Assembly: GCF_006345805.1 (NCBI RefSeq)
Contig: NW_021828091.1
Span: 1-35,309 of the forward strand
From: Octopus sinensis
Taxonomy: Eukaryota
Direction: 5' to 3'
DNA: 35,309 nucleotides
Part shown: piece by piece, positions 32,881 through 35,309 of the stretch
Numbering within the stretch: the stretch's first letter is position 1
Layout of the letters: every line of letters begins with the position of its first letter
Program-made: the position numbers and the translations under genes
Notes under the pieces: model-generated
The model's input: only the letters and a program-made list of their open reading frames with translations
Databases searched by the model: none
What the model was told of the DNA's origin: nothing

Positions 32881-33114
32881 TGGTGTGTATGTGAGTATAT
32901 GTATGCGCCTATATCTATATTGAACGAACGTCTGTGGCGAATATGTACGCTAAGTATTTTTATGTGTCTAAATGTACATTAAATGAATATTTGTTGTTGT
33001 TGCTGTTGTTGTGAGTGTGTGTGTGTGTTTGAGGCTCGATTCTGGATCGTCTCATTCGTTAACTCTAAATGTACAAAAATAGTAATCATATATCACAAAC
33101 GCCAGCCACAAGGA

Positions 33115-33126
33115 CTACTAAAAGTT

Positions 33127-33176
<50 letters not shown>

Positions 33177-33196
33177 GCTACTGCTGCTGCTGCTGC

Positions 33197-33233
<37 letters not shown>

Positions 33234-33418
33234 GCCGCCACCGCCGCCACCGCCGCCACCACCACCACCACCGCCACTCCTCCTCTTCCTCCTCCTCTTC
33301 ATCTTCCTCCTCCTCCTCTTCCTCTTCATCTTCCTCCTCCTCTTCTTCTTCCTGCTCTCCCCCTCCTCCTCCTCCTCCTACTCCTACTACTACTACTACT
33401 CCTACTACTACTACTACT

Positions 33419-33450
<32 letters not shown>

Positions 33451-33795
33451 TCGCGGCGATGACGACGAGCTCCACAAACGCCACCACTGTCACCACCGCC
33501 ACCACCACCACTACTACTACCAGTACCGCCGTTGCTGCTACTGCTGACATCAGCAATTGTCATATTAATAGCGACGACGACGGTGCCGTAGGTATAATGA
33601 TAGTGTGAAGTAATAGAAGAATTTGACACACTACATATAATCAGCATTAGAATGGTGGTGGTGGTGGTGGTGGTGGTGGTGGTGATAATGATGATGATGA
33701 TGATGATGATAATGATGACGACAATGGCGATGACGATGACAACGACGACGATGACAGCAAAGGCGATGACGCCGACGATGACAATGACGATGCAG
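33115..33795. repeat. Compound trinucleotide tract (CTA, CTG, CCG, CCA, CCT/CTT, CTA, then GGT/GAT/GAC)
   Basis: Read directly from the sequence; it explains the poly-L/P/T/A/G/S ORFs. Confidence 0.95.
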
Positions 33796-33809
33796 ATTAA
33801 TAATGCTAA

Positions 33810-34170
33810 CTAGTAGAGATACCCGGCGTTGTTCGGGATTAAAATGGCATAGTTTCTATATATGAATGATACGTGGAATATAATGATTTCCTATATTTGC
33901 TACAAGAGCAATGGATAAGATGGACAATACAACGATAGACATAAAATATGGGGATTTACATACAATATTCAGAAATATTAAATTTCTAAATATCTCATAG
34001 AGATATGTACGGTGGTGGGGCGATAGAGTGTTGTATACTGTCAACTTAACGTGACAGTAAGGGAATTACACCACCGCTGTTTAGCCCTAGGAAGCATCGA
34101 CGCTTCCTGTCGGCCTCGACACGCATAAAAATTGAAAGTATACATGGTATAGAATAAAACATACATAGAA
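33810..34170 (-). mobile_element. Helitron-related element (3' end clear, 5' end uncertain)
   Basis: The minus-strand 3' end is cccgaacaacgccggg-tatctctaCTAG|T, a variant of the hairpin in the other two Helitrons. Confidence 0.55.
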
Positions 34171-34179
34171 AATATATGT

Positions 34180-34486
34180 AGCTGTGTGGTAAGTAGCTTG
34201 CTTACCAACCATATGGTTTCGGGTTCATTCCCACTGCGTGGCACCTTGGGCAACTGTTTTCTACTATAGCCTCGGGCTGACCAAAGCCCGTCGTATATAT
34301 GTACATATATATATATGTATGTGTGTGTATATGTTTGTGTGACTTTGTTTGTCTCCCAATATCGCTTAACAACCGATGGTGGTGTGAGGCTTACAAAGAA
34401 TAAGTCCTGGGGTCGATTTGCTCGACTAAAGGCGGTGCTGCAGCATGGCCGCAGTCAAATGACTGAAACAAGTAAAAAAGTAAAAC
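34180..34486 (+). mobile_element. SINE family B with internal deletions
   Basis: Both head and tail motifs are present. Confidence 0.85.
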
Positions 34487-34693
34487 AATATGCATCAGTT
34501 ACAACAAAAACAAAAACAAAAGATGTAGATGATCTGTTCCTCCAGATGCAAGAGGGGCAATCGTGGAACCCTACCATCCAAGGCCTCCCTGAACACCAAG
34601 GACAAGTCCCCTCTCCAATTCCTGTTCTCAACTCACAGGTCTATAATCAGAGTGCTATCACCCAGACTTGCCGCTTTTGCAACTTTCACTTAC

Positions 34694-34752
34694 CTTTCAA
34701 TAAATTCACTCGAGGAAAGTACCTCCCACTCCTTGTCAGTAAAACTTGAAAT
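34694..34752 (-). CDS. Probable internal exon (59 nt) of an unidentified host gene
   Basis: Acceptor ttttgcttggtttccatttcttcttgtacctttAG| and donor AAG|GTAAGT, in unique sequence. Two frames are open: ISSFTDKEWEVLSSSEFIE(R/S) or FQVLLTRSGRYFPRVNLLK. Confidence 0.65.
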
Positions 34753-34839
34753 CTAAAGGTACAAGAAGAAATGGAAACCAAGCAAAACACACGTACGTGC
34801 GCGCGCACTCACACAAACACACAAACAAGGGCTAAATAT

Positions 34840-35309
34840 TCTTTTCTACTCTATGAACAAGGCCCGAAATTTTGGGGGACGGGGCCAGTTAATTAGATCG
34901 ACGCCAGTACGCAACTGGAACTTAATTTATCAACCCCGAAAGGATGAAAGGCAAAGTTGACCTCGGCGGAATTTGACCTCAGAACGTAAAAACAGACGAA
35001 ATACCGCAAAGCATATCGCCCGGCATGCTAACGTTTCTGCCAGCTCGCCACTTTACAGAAGTCGATAATAATGAAGCCAAACCGCTGCCGCCATCACTAA
35101 AATCTTATGTATTTCTGTATGCAACCAATTCGATGGAGACGAATGTGGAATATATTCAACTCAGAACGTAAAGGCAGAGGAAATGCCTATTTCTTTACTA
35201 CTCACAAGCCTCGTATAAACGCAGATGGGAAAAACAACAAGGACAGACAAAGGTATTATATATCGACCCCAGTGCGTAACTGGTACTTATTTAATCGACC
35301 AGGAAAGGA
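34840..35309 (-). mobile_element. SINE family A (34840-35050) and an array-type unit running off the window end (35155-35309)
   Basis: Reverse family A motifs; the second copy carries the array-type aaacaacaaggacagacaaa segment. Confidence 0.85.

Noticed and set aside
32613-33647. Poly-F/L/P/T/A ORFs
   Set aside because: They derive from (TTTC)n and compound trinucleotide tracts.
34315-34756. Plus-strand ORFs of 144 aa and 75 aa
   Set aside because: The first starts inside a SINE; both overlap the minus-strand exon, which has far better splice support.

Overview
This is eukaryotic, AT-rich, repeat-saturated genomic DNA, most likely from an octopus. That assignment is an inference from the tRNA-derived SINE families, which resemble from memory the octopus OK/OR1/OR2-type SINEs, and from the extreme load of (TA)n/(CA)n/(TATC)n/(ATGT)n and trinucleotide microsatellites. 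Almost all ORFs in the supplied track are microsatellite artefacts, and there are no prokaryotic genes, rRNA, true tRNA genes or CRISPR arrays. The window contains: four SINE families (about 30 copies or fragments, one family forming 184-bp tandem arrays); 3' fragments of a CR1-type and an RTE/BovB-type LINE; two decayed mariner elements; at least three non-autonomous Helitrons; two Penelope-like (PLE) 3' fragments encoding RT-thumb plus GIY-YIG; one well-supported 59-nt minus-strand host exon (34694-34752); and a promoter-like island at about 12.4-12.75 kb. The most interesting signal is a set of seven hammerhead-ribozyme (HHR) motifs, read by eye, associated with PLE 3' ends. It includes an intact canonical type I HHR (4529-4624, minus strand). 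It also includes a 541-bp near-perfect fold-back element (13338-13878) whose right arm carries an HHR with an intact catalytic core, while the left arm lacks 23 nt spanning most of that core. All folds and translations were done by hand and need computational confirmation.
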